From Clostridia bacterium (GTDB taxonomy: Bacteria > Bacillota > Clostridia > Oscillospirales > CAG-272), in NCBI GenBank assembly GCA_017517745.1, contig JAFWYJ010000062.1, positions 54-64,053 of the forward strand: a stretch of 64,000 nucleotides of DNA. The letters are read 5' to 3'. The notes under the pieces are model-generated. The model was given only the letters and a program-made list of their open reading frames with translations, was not told the origin of the DNA and searched no databases. The position numbers were made by a program, and so were the translations under genes. Shown here one piece after another: positions 27,142 to 37,035 of this stretch; within the stretch, counting starts at the first letter, position 1, and each line of letters begins with the position of its first letter.

Positions 27142-30100
27142 TTACTGATAAGAAGTAAGTGCCTTTGCGGCGTCATTGAAACACACGCTGATGAAATACA
27201 CTAACTGCTGCTCATTGAGGCTGTCGATTCTGTATCCGCCGTTTTGGGACTCGGCAGTCTGCTTACAAACGTTCTTGTAATAGCTGGGCATGGAAACAAC
27301 CTGACCGTTCACTTTTGTGACGTCAATCATCTTTCCGTCCCACATCTGGCTCAAAATCGTCTCAAACATGTTTGCCGCTTCACCAAGTTGAGCAATCTTT
27401 TGGTTTGCTACAGCATACTTTGCGGCTTCGATTGCCTCGGTGTATCGGGTATCACCCTCGGCAATGTACTTTTTGGTCAGGTTGTCGATGGCATTCATCG
27501 CTTGGTTCATTCTCTTGGAAGCCAACGTCTGACCGATCTCAAGCGTTTCGAGCTGGAACTCCTCACGCTTACGGGTAATCTCTTTGTTGATGGTGTTGAT
27601 GTAACTGAGAATCTCGGTGGTCGGGTCTGCATCATCGTTCAGTGCTGCGAGGAATGCGAAGTTTGCGTGACGGCCGATGAAGTAACTACCGGGGTAGTTC
27701 GGGATCGCCGCGAGGTTCTCGAACTGCTTTGCAACCTCTTCATACTCCTCCTGCGTCCAAGGCATCGTCTCAAGCGCGAGGCGGTTTGCGGTGGGATGCT
27801 TTGCGGAGTCACCGATGATGGCAACCATTTCGTTCGCATAATCGGACTGCGCCTCTGCACCCGTGTACCACTTCATGAACTTCCAAGCCGAAGCCTCGTC
27901 ATCGATGTTGGAGATCATGACGACTGCCGCAATGGTGGAGTCGGTGGTGTTGTTGATGCTCTTATCTTCGTACAGAGTTCCGGGAACGGGAACGAATGCC
28001 CATTTACCCTCGATCTCGGTTGCGAAAACCTTCAATTGGTTATAGAGTCCGGTATAGTCGGAAATGATGATCGGCATTTCACCGGTTCTGAAACGGTTTG
28101 CCGCGCTGTAGGAATACGGGAAAGAGTGCTGGGTAAACATGTTACACATCTTCTCAAACGCCGCCAGACCCTTGATCGAGTCGAGGTTGATTCTCATACC
28201 GTCATCGGCATAAAGGTCACCGTTTGACTGATACAGGAAGATCTTGTAGTTGGTGGTCACACCGATCTCCATGTTGTTCGACTCGAGGATCGATTGGGCA
28301 GTGTAGATATCTTCCCAGGTCTTGGGAATTTCGATTCCCACTTCATACAGAATGTCCAAACGAACGAACATCATCTGGAAGGTCTGCGTTTCGGGCAAGC
28401 CGTAGGTGTGAACATCACCGTCGGCATCCGCAATTTCAAGCTGGAGCATTGCCGCTCTGTTGAAGCATGCGGTCACCATTTCGTCAAAGCCTTCCATGCC
28501 CTCAATGTTGGTCAAGGCTCCGCGAATCGCGTAGTTGATGACGGTTTCGTCGGCAAGTCCGAGATAGACGTCAGGTCCCATGCCTGCCAGAATCGAAGGC
28601 AACAGCGTGCCGCCGCTGACCAGCTTGAGGTTGACTGCGATTCCCGTTTCGGGAGTGAACTTGTTGGTGGTCATGTTACGGATAACCTGAGACTGGTCGC
28701 GTCCGTATGCAAGCCAAACGTCCACGGTTGCATCGGTCGTGCCGTCATCCATCGCACCCATGCTGTTGTAGTCACGGATAAAGCTCTGGTAGAAGCTCTT
28801 GCACTCGTGCCAGAAGGTCTGGAAAAAGTTTGCCGCCGACTTCGGCTCTTCTGCGGAAGCAGGCTGGATCATGATGTAGTCCAGCTGCAGAGGCTGTGTC
28901 TTCGCATCGGTCAGGAAGGTACCGAGGTTACCGACGTAGCTCTTGAAGTTATCCAGGTTCTTTGCGATTTCATCCTCGTCGTAAGCCAACTTACGGAGCA
29001 ATCCGACCAACTGGTCGCAGGTTCCGGTGTAGGTCGACGCGGTGTCTGCCGTATCCTTGAGGAATGCGGAGATATCTTCGAGGTTCTTCGCCTGCTGCAT
29101 CATGTCGATCAGCGTGTCGGGCAACAAACGAGAGAAACCGTAGTCGCGGTAGTCATCGGGCTCGGTTCCCGTCAGCTTGATAATGCTGAGGTAGTCCGCA
29201 TTCAATGCATTCAGCGCGTTTTCGATGCGCTGAACGATCTCACCCATCGAACCGAGTGTCACGTCCCAACGAAGCGTATAGGTCACGCCCTCGCGGAAAT
29301 AGATCTGATATGTATCGGCGACCTTGTCACCGTTGGCATCGGTACCGTTGCTCAGACCGGTGACCTGCCACTTCGTTCCGTAATCATAGCGAAGCTCTGC
29401 AGCCTCAGCGAAGGGCGTACCGTTGTAGTAGCCGGCAGTCGTTCCGAACTTTTCCTTGTAAGCAGCTTCGCTTTCATAATTGGTATAAATCGAAAGCGAG
29501 CGGCTGACAAACATACCGTCCAGGTAGCTCTGCTTGTATCGAGTGAAGATCTCGTACATGCCCGAGCCATCCACATTGAACTTGTATTCCACCCATTGAC
29601 CGGGCATTGCCCACTTCTCGGTACCGATGGTGTTCAGCATCACGCGAGTGGTATCTGCAGGAGAGGTCAGAGGAGAGGTACGGTCCTCGATCGGGTAAAC
29701 ACCGTTGGTGGAGGTCTTGTTGCCAAGCTCCGCCTCGATCTTCACGGTGCCGGTTCCCTCGTCGAGGTTTCCTACATTATTTTTAATAGAAGCCAAATAG
29801 TCGGCATAGGATTGTGTCTTCGCATAGGGCTTGATGCGGATTTCCGCCAATGCCATGCTCTCGTTGACGCCATCGATCGTGATGGTGATCTGACCGTTCG
29901 CATCGGGAGTGAGAACGAATCCGAAATCGTCAGTGAAGAATCCACCGCTGTCGCGCATTGCGAAACTGGTCCACTCGGGCGTTTGCACCATGGTCGGACG
30001 CAGTTCGTTCGCGGTTGCATCGGTGATGAAGAAACGCAAGTCATACTTTTCGATGTACTCATAAATCGCCTGCGTGATGACGGTCGGGCGCTCGACGACG

Positions 30101-30879
30101 ACAGACTTGCCGTCCTCTGCGGGCGTGCAAACCAAGCCTGCGGCAACACCCTCGCTGACAACGGTATCCATCACGTCTTTCTTCTTGAGTTTATAGGTCG
30201 CGGTCAAAGGCGACGTCTCATCAGGCTTGAATGCGCCCCAAAGCTTTGCAAAGCTCAGAGAACGCGCCTCGGAGAAGGGAGCCTCTCCGTTGATGTAGAA
30301 TTCACGCTCAATCGCGGCTGCCTTACCGATGATCGGGTAATACAGCAACTCAATGCTATACAAACCCTCGGCAAGTCCCTTGCCCGCAAAATCCAACGTC
30401 CACGTCACAGAGCCGTCATTGGGCGTATAAAGCGCCTTCTTGCCTCCGATCTCTTCCACGTAGACGAGGCTCTCTTTTTTGTATCCTCCGTCTTTTACCG
30501 CCGCTTCAACAGAGTCGTAGATAGCGAGAACAACCGGATTGCCATTCTCATCCTTCTTCGTCCGATCGTAAACGGTCATCATCCATTTGTCGCCATCCAG
30601 GGTGATTTCCACTCCGTCTCTTCGAACGAAGGTCCAACCCGAAAAGGCGTCAAACGTCTGTGTTTCGGCCACGGTGGGATTTTGGAAGAAAGCGGCGTGC
30701 TTTTCGATGTACTCCTTGTAGGAGATCGTGTTCAGCTCGTCGCCGTAATCCTCGATCGACTTGTCCGTGACAAAGGAGTTGATTTCGTCTGCTGCGCTAA
30801 CAGCCACAACAGCGGTACTCACAAGAAACATGAACGCCAAAGCGAAGCAAGCAATTCTTGTGAACTTCGTTTTTCTCAT
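27142..30879 (-). CDS. Very large extracellular solute-binding protein with N-terminal beta-sandwich (CBM-like) modules
   Basis: Signal peptide after GGAGG RBS (MRKTKF); KIEAE, LNTIG..W..PGQWVEY, and C-terminal family-1 SBP motifs (GRDQ, GPDV, LPETQTF, NRFRTGEMP, AWKFMKWY). Confidence 0.88.
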   Translation of the reverse strand: MRKTKFTRIACFALAFMFLVSTAVVAVSAADEINSFVTDKSIEDYGDELNTISYKEYIEKHAAFFQNPTVAETQTFDAFSGWTFVRRDGVEITLDGDKWMMTVYDRTKKDENGNPVVLAIYDSVEAAVKDGGYKKESLVYVEEIGGKKALYTPNDGSVTWTLDFAGKGLAEGLYSIELLYYPIIGKAAAIEREFYINGEAPFSEARSLSFAKLWGAFKPDETSPLTATYKLKKKDVMDTVVSEGVAAGLVCTPAEDGKSVVVERPTVITQAIYEYIEKYDLRFFITDATANELRPTMVQTPEWTSFAMRDSGGFFTDDFGFVLTPDANGQITITIDGVNESMALAEIRIKPYAKTQSYADYLASIKNNVGNLDEGTGTVKIEAELGNKTSTNGVYPIEDRTSPLTSPADTTRVMLNTIGTEKWAMPGQWVEYKFNVDGSGMYEIFTRYKQSYLDGMFVSRSLSIYTNYESEAAYKEKFGTTAGYYNGTPFAEAAELRYDYGTKWQVTGLSNGTDANGDKVADTYQIYFREGVTYTLRWDVTLGSMGEIVQRIENALNALNADYLSIIKLTGTEPDDYRDYGFSRLLPDTLIDMMQQAKNLEDISAFLKDTADTASTYTGTCDQLVGLLRKLAYDEDEIAKNLDNFKSYVGNLGTFLTDAKTQPLQLDYIMIQPASAEEPKSAANFFQTFWHECKSFYQSFIRDYNSMGAMDDGTTDATVDVWLAYGRDQSQVIRNMTTNKFTPETGIAVNLKLVSGGTLLPSILAGMGPDVYLGLADETVINYAIRGALTNIEGMEGFDEMVTACFNRAAMLQLEIADADGDVHTYGLPETQTFQMMFVRLDILYEVGIEIPKTWEDIYTAQSILESNNMEIGVTTNYKIFLYQSNGDLYADDGMRINLDSIKGLAAFEKMCNMFTQHSFPYSYSAANRFRTGEMPIIISDYTGLYNQLKVFATEIEGKWAFVPVPGTLYEDKSINNTTDSTIAAVVMISNIDDEASAWKFMKWYTGAEAQSDYANEMVAIIGDSAKHPTANRLALETMPWTQEEYEEVAKQFENLAAIPNYPGSYFIGRHANFAFLAALNDDADPTTEILSYINTINKEITRKREEFQLETLEIGQTLASKRMNQAMNAIDNLTKKYIAEGDTRYTEAIEAAKYAVANQKIAQLGEAANMFETILSQMWDGKMIDVTKVNGQVVSMPSYYKNVCKQTAESQNGGYRIDSLNEQQLVYFISVCFNDAAKALTSYQ

Positions 30880-31115
30880 TTGCTTTTCCTCCTGCAAACT
30901 GAAATAATGGGGTTCTCCCCTTTTTGATTTTGCGACCAACCCCGAACCGGCAAAGACCGCTTCGGAACCGGCACAAATAGGGCGCGCCCGCGCACGCAAG
31001 AAAGAATTTTGCGCGTTCCCTGACACAAAAGGATCCACGCAAAAACCTAAAAAACGCCGCAAAAGCGTTCAGCCCACCCGCATTTGGGCAGACTTCCCCC
31101 CATTTTGATAGAATA

Positions 31116-31144
31116 ATCATACCACAAAATCGATTTTTTGTCAA
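31116..31144 (-). promoter_or_regulatory. Sigma-A promoter of the carbohydrate ABC operon
   Basis: Minus strand TTGACA-17bp-TATGAT with extended -10 TG. Confidence 0.65.
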
Positions 31145-31550
31145 GCAAAACCGTTCACGAAAAAATCTGTTTTTTTCATCCGCAATCGCAAAATTCATGA
31201 GTTTGACAAACAGAAGTTTCAAAAAGTTTACAACCTTTTTTATTCATCTTTCGTTCAAAAACGATTATTTTTTGCGAGCAGTAAATTTAATTTACGGCAT
31301 TTTTGTTAACAATCCGCGCAATTTCCTTAATTTTTGTTTATTTTTTCGCAACATTTTTTCTAAAAAAAGTCATATTCTCAAAACAGTAATTTTAATTTAC
31401 CCTCAAAAAGGAGAGTTGAATTTATCATTTGACAAAAAAAGCCATTCAACCTTTGTGCAATCCACACAAATTCAGGCGCTTTTTTTCTACATCCTCGCAA
31501 TTTGCACAAATGGCATATTTCTCCTATATATTTCCATTTTTCCGGCATTT

Positions 31551-32405
31551 TCAGAGTTTCTCAGCGTTTCTTGCCTCTCTCGGAGACTCTCCGAAATGGC
31601 GGCGATATGCTCGGCTGAAAACGTAAATCGAGGAAAATCCAAGCCGTTCCGCAACCTCTGTGACCGATGCACTCCACAAAAGTTCGCGCGCACGCTCCAT
31701 CCGCTTTTGATTTCGATAGGCGATCACGCCGATGCCGTAACGTTGCCGAAACAGACGTTCCAGATGATATCGGCTGTAGGAAAACATCTTTTCAAAATCC
31801 TCCAGCCTCGCCTCGAAACCGTGCCCTGCATCCAGATAATCCTTGACCTGCCGCGCAAGATCAAGCTTGCCCTCCTCCGCACAAAGGCACTGCGAAAAGC
31901 CCTTCTCAATCATATGTGTCAGGAGCATTGAAAGCGTCGCCTTTGCAAGCAAAGGCGCGTTTTTTTGCGCTTGTATCACCCCATAAAAGAGCCTCAGCGC
32001 ATCCTCGCGCTCGGCAAAATCGACCACGGGCTGCTGCGGGCATTCCTCAAACACGTCACGCGCGATCATCCGCCGCTCCGCCTCCGAAAAGCAGTCCACG
32101 TCTCTGAAGGAGATCGGGATCCGCGGACTTTCCGCCGTGGCAGTGAAATCAAAATGAATATGCGGCTGCGAAACCTCGCCCGTCAATCCAAAAAAAGCAT
32201 GCGGAATCCCCGGGCGCAGCAAAAGGAACTGCCCCTCGCAACAAAAATAATCACGCCCGTCATACATAAGCGTAAAACACCCCGACTCCACATAGATCAT
32301 TTCGTAATCAAACAGCACCCGCCGCCCGATCTCATGCCCCGCCCGCAAGACACTCTGTGTAGCGACGCGAATATAAGGATTCATCTCCCGAATTTCAAAG
32401 CCCAT
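31551..32405 (-). CDS. AraC-family transcriptional regulator (cupin + HTH)
   Basis: R..FDYEMIYVESG...LLRPGIPH cupin; SVTEVAERLGFSSIYVFSRAYRRHFGESP HTH. Confidence 0.9.
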   Translation of the reverse strand: MGFEIREMNPYIRVATQSVLRAGHEIGRRVLFDYEMIYVESGCFTLMYDGRDYFCCEGQFLLLRPGIPHAFFGLTGEVSQPHIHFDFTATAESPRIPISFRDVDCFSEAERRMIARDVFEECPQQPVVDFAEREDALRLFYGVIQAQKNAPLLAKATLSMLLTHMIEKGFSQCLCAEEGKLDLARQVKDYLDAGHGFEARLEDFEKMFSYSRYHLERLFRQRYGIGVIAYRNQKRMERARELLWSASVTEVAERLGFSSIYVFSRAYRRHFGESPREARNAEKL

Positions 32406-32510
32406 GACAACCTCGACAAGAAATGTTAAATTTCAGACAACATCCGTTATTTGTATTATAACATATTTGTGATAGAATAGCAATACAAACTTTTGATTGG
32501 AGAAAACAAA

Positions 32511-33563
32511 ATGTTAAATCAACTAACCACCAAGAAAAACATACGCAGCTTTTCCATCTCCCCGGAAAACTTCACCGGCGCCAAAGGCGCGGGTGCCATG
32601 GCAACCGAAGGGACTCCCGCCGCGCGTGAGCTTGGACAAGGCTGGAAGGTCAGCCCCAAGATCTGGATCGAGCCGGGCGAAAAAAGAACTCTGGCAGACA
32701 TCAAAGGACAGGGCGCGATCAAGCATTTCTGGATCACCGACAATTCTCAGCGCGCACGCCAGCTGATCCTTCGCATTTACTTCGACGGTGCCGAAAATCC
32801 CGCTGTGGAGGCGCCGCTGTCGGACTTCTTCGCAAGCGCCGACAACACCACCTTCCGGCCGCTCTACAGCCTCGCCATGTGCGTCAATCCGCGCAACGGC
32901 TTCAACTGCTACTTCGAAATGCCCTATTTCCGCTCCTTCCGCTTCACGCTCGAAAACATCGGTGACGAGAAATGCGTGGTTTACTATCAGATCGACTGCG
33001 AGGAAAAGGAGATCAGCCCCGACAGTCTCTATTTCCACGCGCAGTTCCGCCGCGTCAATCCCCTTCCCTACAAGGAAGTCTACACCATTCTCGACAATAT
33101 CAAGGGAAAAGGGCACTACGTCGGCACGTATTTGCATTGGGGCTCCAAGACCAATGGCTGGTGGGGCGAGGGCGAGGTCAAGTTTTACATCGACGGCGAC
33201 AAGGAGTTCCCCACCATCTGCGGCACCGGCACCGAGGACTATTTCTGCGGCGCGTATTGCTTTGAGGTTGGCGGAAAATACGCCGAATTTTCCTCCCCGT
33301 ACAGCGGTCTTCACAAGGTCAGCGACACCAACGGTGCATACCTCTCCCAGCTCTATTTCGATATGTACCGCTGGCACATCAACGATCCAATCTATTTCAA
33401 CGAGGATCTGCGCGTGACCGTGCAGGCACTCGGCTGGAGAAGCAACAACCGCTTCAACCCTCTGCAAGAAGACATCTCCTCGGTGGCGTATTGGTATTCC
33501 GACAACCTCGACGACACCTACCCCGCCCTGCCCGACAGAGATGCGTTGGAGATCATCATTTAA
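32511..33563 (+). CDS. DUF2961 / glycoside hydrolase family 172 protein
   Basis: SPENFTGAKG.G, GQGWKVSP, G.IKHFWIT, NCYFEMPY, WWGEGEVKFYIDGD..PTICGTGTEDYF, YRWHI.DPI.F, DISSVAYWY. Confidence 0.88.
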   Translation: MLNQLTTKKNIRSFSISPENFTGAKGAGAMATEGTPAARELGQGWKVSPKIWIEPGEKRTLADIKGQGAIKHFWITDNSQRARQLILRIYFDGAENPAVEAPLSDFFASADNTTFRPLYSLAMCVNPRNGFNCYFEMPYFRSFRFTLENIGDEKCVVYYQIDCEEKEISPDSLYFHAQFRRVNPLPYKEVYTILDNIKGKGHYVGTYLHWGSKTNGWWGEGEVKFYIDGDKEFPTICGTGTEDYFCGAYCFEVGGKYAEFSSPYSGLHKVSDTNGAYLSQLYFDMYRWHINDPIYFNEDLRVTVQALGWRSNNRFNPLQEDISSVAYWYSDNLDDTYPALPDRDALEIII

Positions 33564-33671
33564 GATCTCTCGCACCTCGTTTTTTGCATACGTATAACCA
33601 AAAAACAACCGCACACCGCAAAAAAGCACTCCCCACACCCCTCTCAAAAAGGTTTTGCAGGGAGAGGGAGC

Positions 33672-33715
33672 GCGAGGGAGAGGGGAGCTTTTGCAAAAGC
33701 TCCCCTCTCCCTCGC
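33672..33715. repeat. Perfect 44-bp palindrome between convergent genes (REP-like / terminator)
   Basis: GCGAGGGAGAGGGGAGCTTTTG|CAAAAGCTCCCCTCTCCCTCGC. Confidence 0.8.
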
Positions 33716-33732
33716 ATTATTTATGATTGCTC

Positions 33733-34650
33733 TCACTTCAAAAATCCGTTGATGATCTGTTCCTCAGCTTCCTTTTCGGTGAGTCCCAGCGTCATCAGCT
33801 TGATGAGCTGTTCACCCGCGATCTTGCCGATCGCCGCCTCGTGGATCAGCGACGCCTCGACGTGGTTCGCCTCGATCTGCGGCAGTGCCGTGACCTGCGC
33901 GTCATCCATGATGATGGCGTCACATTCGGTATGTCCCGAGCAACGGTTGTTGCCGTTGACGCGCGACAGGAAGGTCTGGCGGCTGTTGTCCTTTGCCACC
34001 GAGCGCGACACCACGTGTGCGCCGCAATCCTCACCGTCAAGATCGACCGTGAAATCGGTCTCGGCAAACTGATCGCCGTGTGTCATGATCTTTTCTTTCA
34101 CGATCAAGGTCGCGCCCGAAGCAAGCCTTGCCTCGGTCTTGCGACGCGTCGAATCCACGCCCTTGATCTGCGCGGTCTCCATCTCAAGATAGCTGTTCTC
34201 GTCCAAAACCGCCACCGTGGTGGGATTCATGACGTTCTTTCCGCTGCCGTCGCCCTCGCCGTAATGCTTTTCAACGTACTTCACACGCGCACCCTTGCCG
34301 AGATAAAATGCATGAATGCCGCTGTGCTCGCTCGCCTCGGAGCCGCCGTTGTGGATTCCGCAGCCCGCGACAATGGTCACGTCGCAGTCCTCACCAATGT
34401 GAAAATCGTTATACACCAGCTCTTTCAAGCCTGTTTGAGAGAGAATGACGGGAATGTGAAGACTCTCCTTTTTGGTCCCCGGCTTGATATAGATATCAAT
34501 CCCCGGCTTGTCCTCTTTCTTCACAACGGTGATGTTTTCGGAATCGTTTTTGCCGTAGAGATTGCCGTTGATGCGCAGAGAATACGCGCCCTGAGGCACC
34601 TCGTGAAGATCGGCGATCTGCGCCAGAAGACTTTTTTGAATTGCATCCAT
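33733..34650 (-). CDS. SufB/SufD-family Fe-S assembly protein (short, SmsB-like)
   Basis: HIPVI, IVAGCGIHN, YVEKHYG, SRSVAKD, GHTECDAIIM, LIHEAAIGKIAGEQL..LMTLGL.E.EA. Confidence 0.85.
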   Translation of the reverse strand: MDAIQKSLLAQIADLHEVPQGAYSLRINGNLYGKNDSENITVVKKEDKPGIDIYIKPGTKKESLHIPVILSQTGLKELVYNDFHIGEDCDVTIVAGCGIHNGGSEASEHSGIHAFYLGKGARVKYVEKHYGEGDGSGKNVMNPTTVAVLDENSYLEMETAQIKGVDSTRRKTEARLASGATLIVKEKIMTHGDQFAETDFTVDLDGEDCGAHVVSRSVAKDNSRQTFLSRVNGNNRCSGHTECDAIIMDDAQVTALPQIEANHVEASLIHEAAIGKIAGEQLIKLMTLGLTEKEAEEQIINGFLK

Positions 34651-35366
34651 CAGTCACGCACCTCCTTGGTAAAACGGCATCCCGCCTGCACGTTGAGCAG
34701 CTCGGGAAGAATCTCGCTCTTCTCGCCGTATGCCGCAACCTTGCCGCCGGCAACCACAACGATCTTGTCGGCGATGTCGAGAATGCGCTCCTGATGCGAA
34801 ATGATGAGAATGGTGCCGTGTGTACGCTCGTGCATGTTGCGAAAAACCTGAATCAGGTTGTTGAAGCTCCACAAATCGATGCCCGCCTCGGGTTCATCGA
34901 AAACCGAAAGCTTGGTGCCGCGCGCGTTGATCATCGCGATCTCAATGCGCTTCAGTTCTCCTCCCGAAAGAGAGGCGTCGACCTCACGGTTGACGTAGTC
35001 CTTGGCGCAAAGTCCCACCTCGGCAAGATAGGCACACGCCTCACCGACCGAGATCTTTTTCCCCGCCGCCATCGAGATCAGATCCTTGACCGTGATCCCC
35101 TTGAAGCGCACCGGCTGCTGAAACGCGAAGCTGATGCCATGGCGCGCGCGCTCGGTGATGGACAGATCGGTAATGTCCTCGCCGTCCAGATAAATTTTGC
35201 CCGAAGTAGGCATATAAATTCCCGCGATCAGCTTTGCCATGGTGGATTTTCCGCTGCCGTTCGGGCCTGTTACGGCAACAAAGCGATCGTTTATTTGCAG
35301 ACTGACGTCGGAAAGAATTTCTTTTCCATCCTCGGTCCGATAAGTTACGTTTTTGAATTCTAACAT
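34650..35366 (-). CDS. SufC-like ABC ATPase
   Basis: GPNGSGKST, ITERAR.GI..AFQQP, LSGGELKRIE, FDEPEAGIDLW; coupled to the SufB-like gene. Confidence 0.85.
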   Translation of the reverse strand: MLEFKNVTYRTEDGKEILSDVSLQINDRFVAVTGPNGSGKSTMAKLIAGIYMPTSGKIYLDGEDITDLSITERARHGISFAFQQPVRFKGITVKDLISMAAGKKISVGEACAYLAEVGLCAKDYVNREVDASLSGGELKRIEIAMINARGTKLSVFDEPEAGIDLWSFNNLIQVFRNMHERTHGTILIISHQERILDIADKIVVVAGGKVAAYGEKSEILPELLNVQAGCRFTKEVRD

Positions 35367-35561
35367 TGCAGTTCCTTTTCTCAGAAAATAATGATATACT
35401 ACTGTTTTTGAGAAACAATAATGGATCGTATATATTTTATACTCTTCCATACACAATTTCAAGGATTATGTCGTTTTCACCTTGTTAACTTTTTGTGAAC
35501 GCCGACCGACACCGCCGATTTTGTGATATAATTTAAAAAAACGACCGAAACGGAGCAGATT

Positions 35562-36791
35562 ATGTCAAGAACATTCCCCACCGCAAGCATCACGGAAAAA
35601 GGAGAAAAGCTTTTGCGCGGCGGACACGTTTGGGTGTACGCCGACGAGATCACCGCGCTCTCGCAAACGCCGCCAAACGGCTCGCTCGTCGACGTTTTGT
35701 CGGCAAAAGGGCGCTATCTCGGAACGGGATTTTACAATGCCAACTCCAAGATCCGCGTCCGCGTGGTCTCCAAAAATGCCAACGACCGCTTTGACGAAGC
35801 CTTTTGGGAACGCAAGCTTCGCTGGGCAATCGATTACCGCCGCGCCGTGATGGGGGAGGAGGATTTTCGATGCTGTCGTCTGATCTTCGGCGAGGCGGAC
35901 GCCTTCCCCGGCTTCACCGTTGATCGCTTTGACAACATCCTCGTCACCCAGGTCCTCTCGCTCGGAATCGAAGAGATCAAGGACATGCTTTACGCCACGC
36001 TCGTCCGTCTGCTCCGCGAGGAATTCGGGCAGAAGATCGACGCGCTCTACGAGCGCAATGACGTCGCCATTCGCGAGCTTGAGGGAATGAAGCAATACAC
36101 CGGCTTTTGGGCGGGCGAAGGACTCGCAACCGACCTTGACGGAAAAACTACGATCACAGAAAACGGGATCGTTTATGAGGTCGACTACGTCAACGGGCAG
36201 AAAACCGGCTTCTTCCTTGACCAAAAATACAACCGTGCAGCCATTCGAAAGATCGCCAAAGGTCGCCGTGTCCTGGATTGCTTCACCCACACCGGCTCTT
36301 TCGCTCTCAATGCCGCCGCGGCGGGCGCAGAATTGGTCAACGCCGTGGATATTTCCGCAGATGCGATAAAGTTAGCAATTGCTAACTCCGAAAGAAACGG
36401 GTTGCAGAACAACATGGAGTTCACCTGTTGTGACGTATTCGACCTACTCACAAAGTTAGCGAACGCTAACCAAAGAAACTATGACTTCATCATTCTCGAT
36501 CCTCCCGCCTTCACCAAGAGTCGGGACACGCTGAAAAACGCGATTCGGGGCTACAAGGAGATCAACCTCAAGGCAATGAAGCTTCTGCCGCGCGGAGGTT
36601 ATCTTGCCACCTGTTCCTGCTCTCATTTCATGACCGAGACCTACTTCAAGCAGATGCTCCACAACGCCGCCGCAGACGCAGGAGTTGGATTGCGACAGAT
36701 CGAGGCGCGCCAACAGTCCCCCGATCATCCGATCCTTTGGAACGTCCCGGAAACCGACTATCTCAAGTTTTTCATTTTCCAGATTGTCTGA
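35562..36791 (+). CDS. PUA-domain class I SAM-dependent rRNA methyltransferase (RlmI/YwbD-like)
   Basis: GHVWVY, RLIFGEAD.FPG..VDRF, GQKTGFFLDQ, VLDCFTHTGSF, ILDPPAF, ATCSCS. Confidence 0.9.
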   Translation: MSRTFPTASITEKGEKLLRGGHVWVYADEITALSQTPPNGSLVDVLSAKGRYLGTGFYNANSKIRVRVVSKNANDRFDEAFWERKLRWAIDYRRAVMGEEDFRCCRLIFGEADAFPGFTVDRFDNILVTQVLSLGIEEIKDMLYATLVRLLREEFGQKIDALYERNDVAIRELEGMKQYTGFWAGEGLATDLDGKTTITENGIVYEVDYVNGQKTGFFLDQKYNRAAIRKIAKGRRVLDCFTHTGSFALNAAAAGAELVNAVDISADAIKLAIANSERNGLQNNMEFTCCDVFDLLTKLANANQRNYDFIILDPPAFTKSRDTLKNAIRGYKEINLKAMKLLPRGGYLATCSCSHFMTETYFKQMLHNAAADAGVGLRQIEARQQSPDHPILWNVPETDYLKFFIFQIV

Positions 36792-36850
36792 TCATTCGCC
36801 CCCCAAAAAAGAGACCGTTTGGTGTGCCTGCGATAAAGCAGGTTAATAGG

Positions 36851-36885
36851 AAAAGACATGTTCAGTTTTGAGCATGTCTTTTTTC
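36851..36885 (+). terminator. Terminator after the methyltransferase gene
   Basis: AAAAGACATGTTCA-loop-TGAGCATGTCTTTTTT. Confidence 0.65.
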
Positions 36886-37035
36886 TTGCAATTCGTATTC
36901 ATTTGTGATATCATTTCTTTGAAAAACAAAGCGAAACTATACTTTGCCTCAACAAACACTTCGTGGAATTATTTTAGAAATTTGTTATAATAAAATCACA
37001 AAAGCGCTTTTGAATACTTTTTGGAGGACAATATT

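Noticed and set aside
18165-30927. Long plus-strand ORFs (605, 947, 1006 and 877 aa)
   Set aside because: They are antisense shadows of well-supported ABC-cluster genes and have no recognisable motifs.
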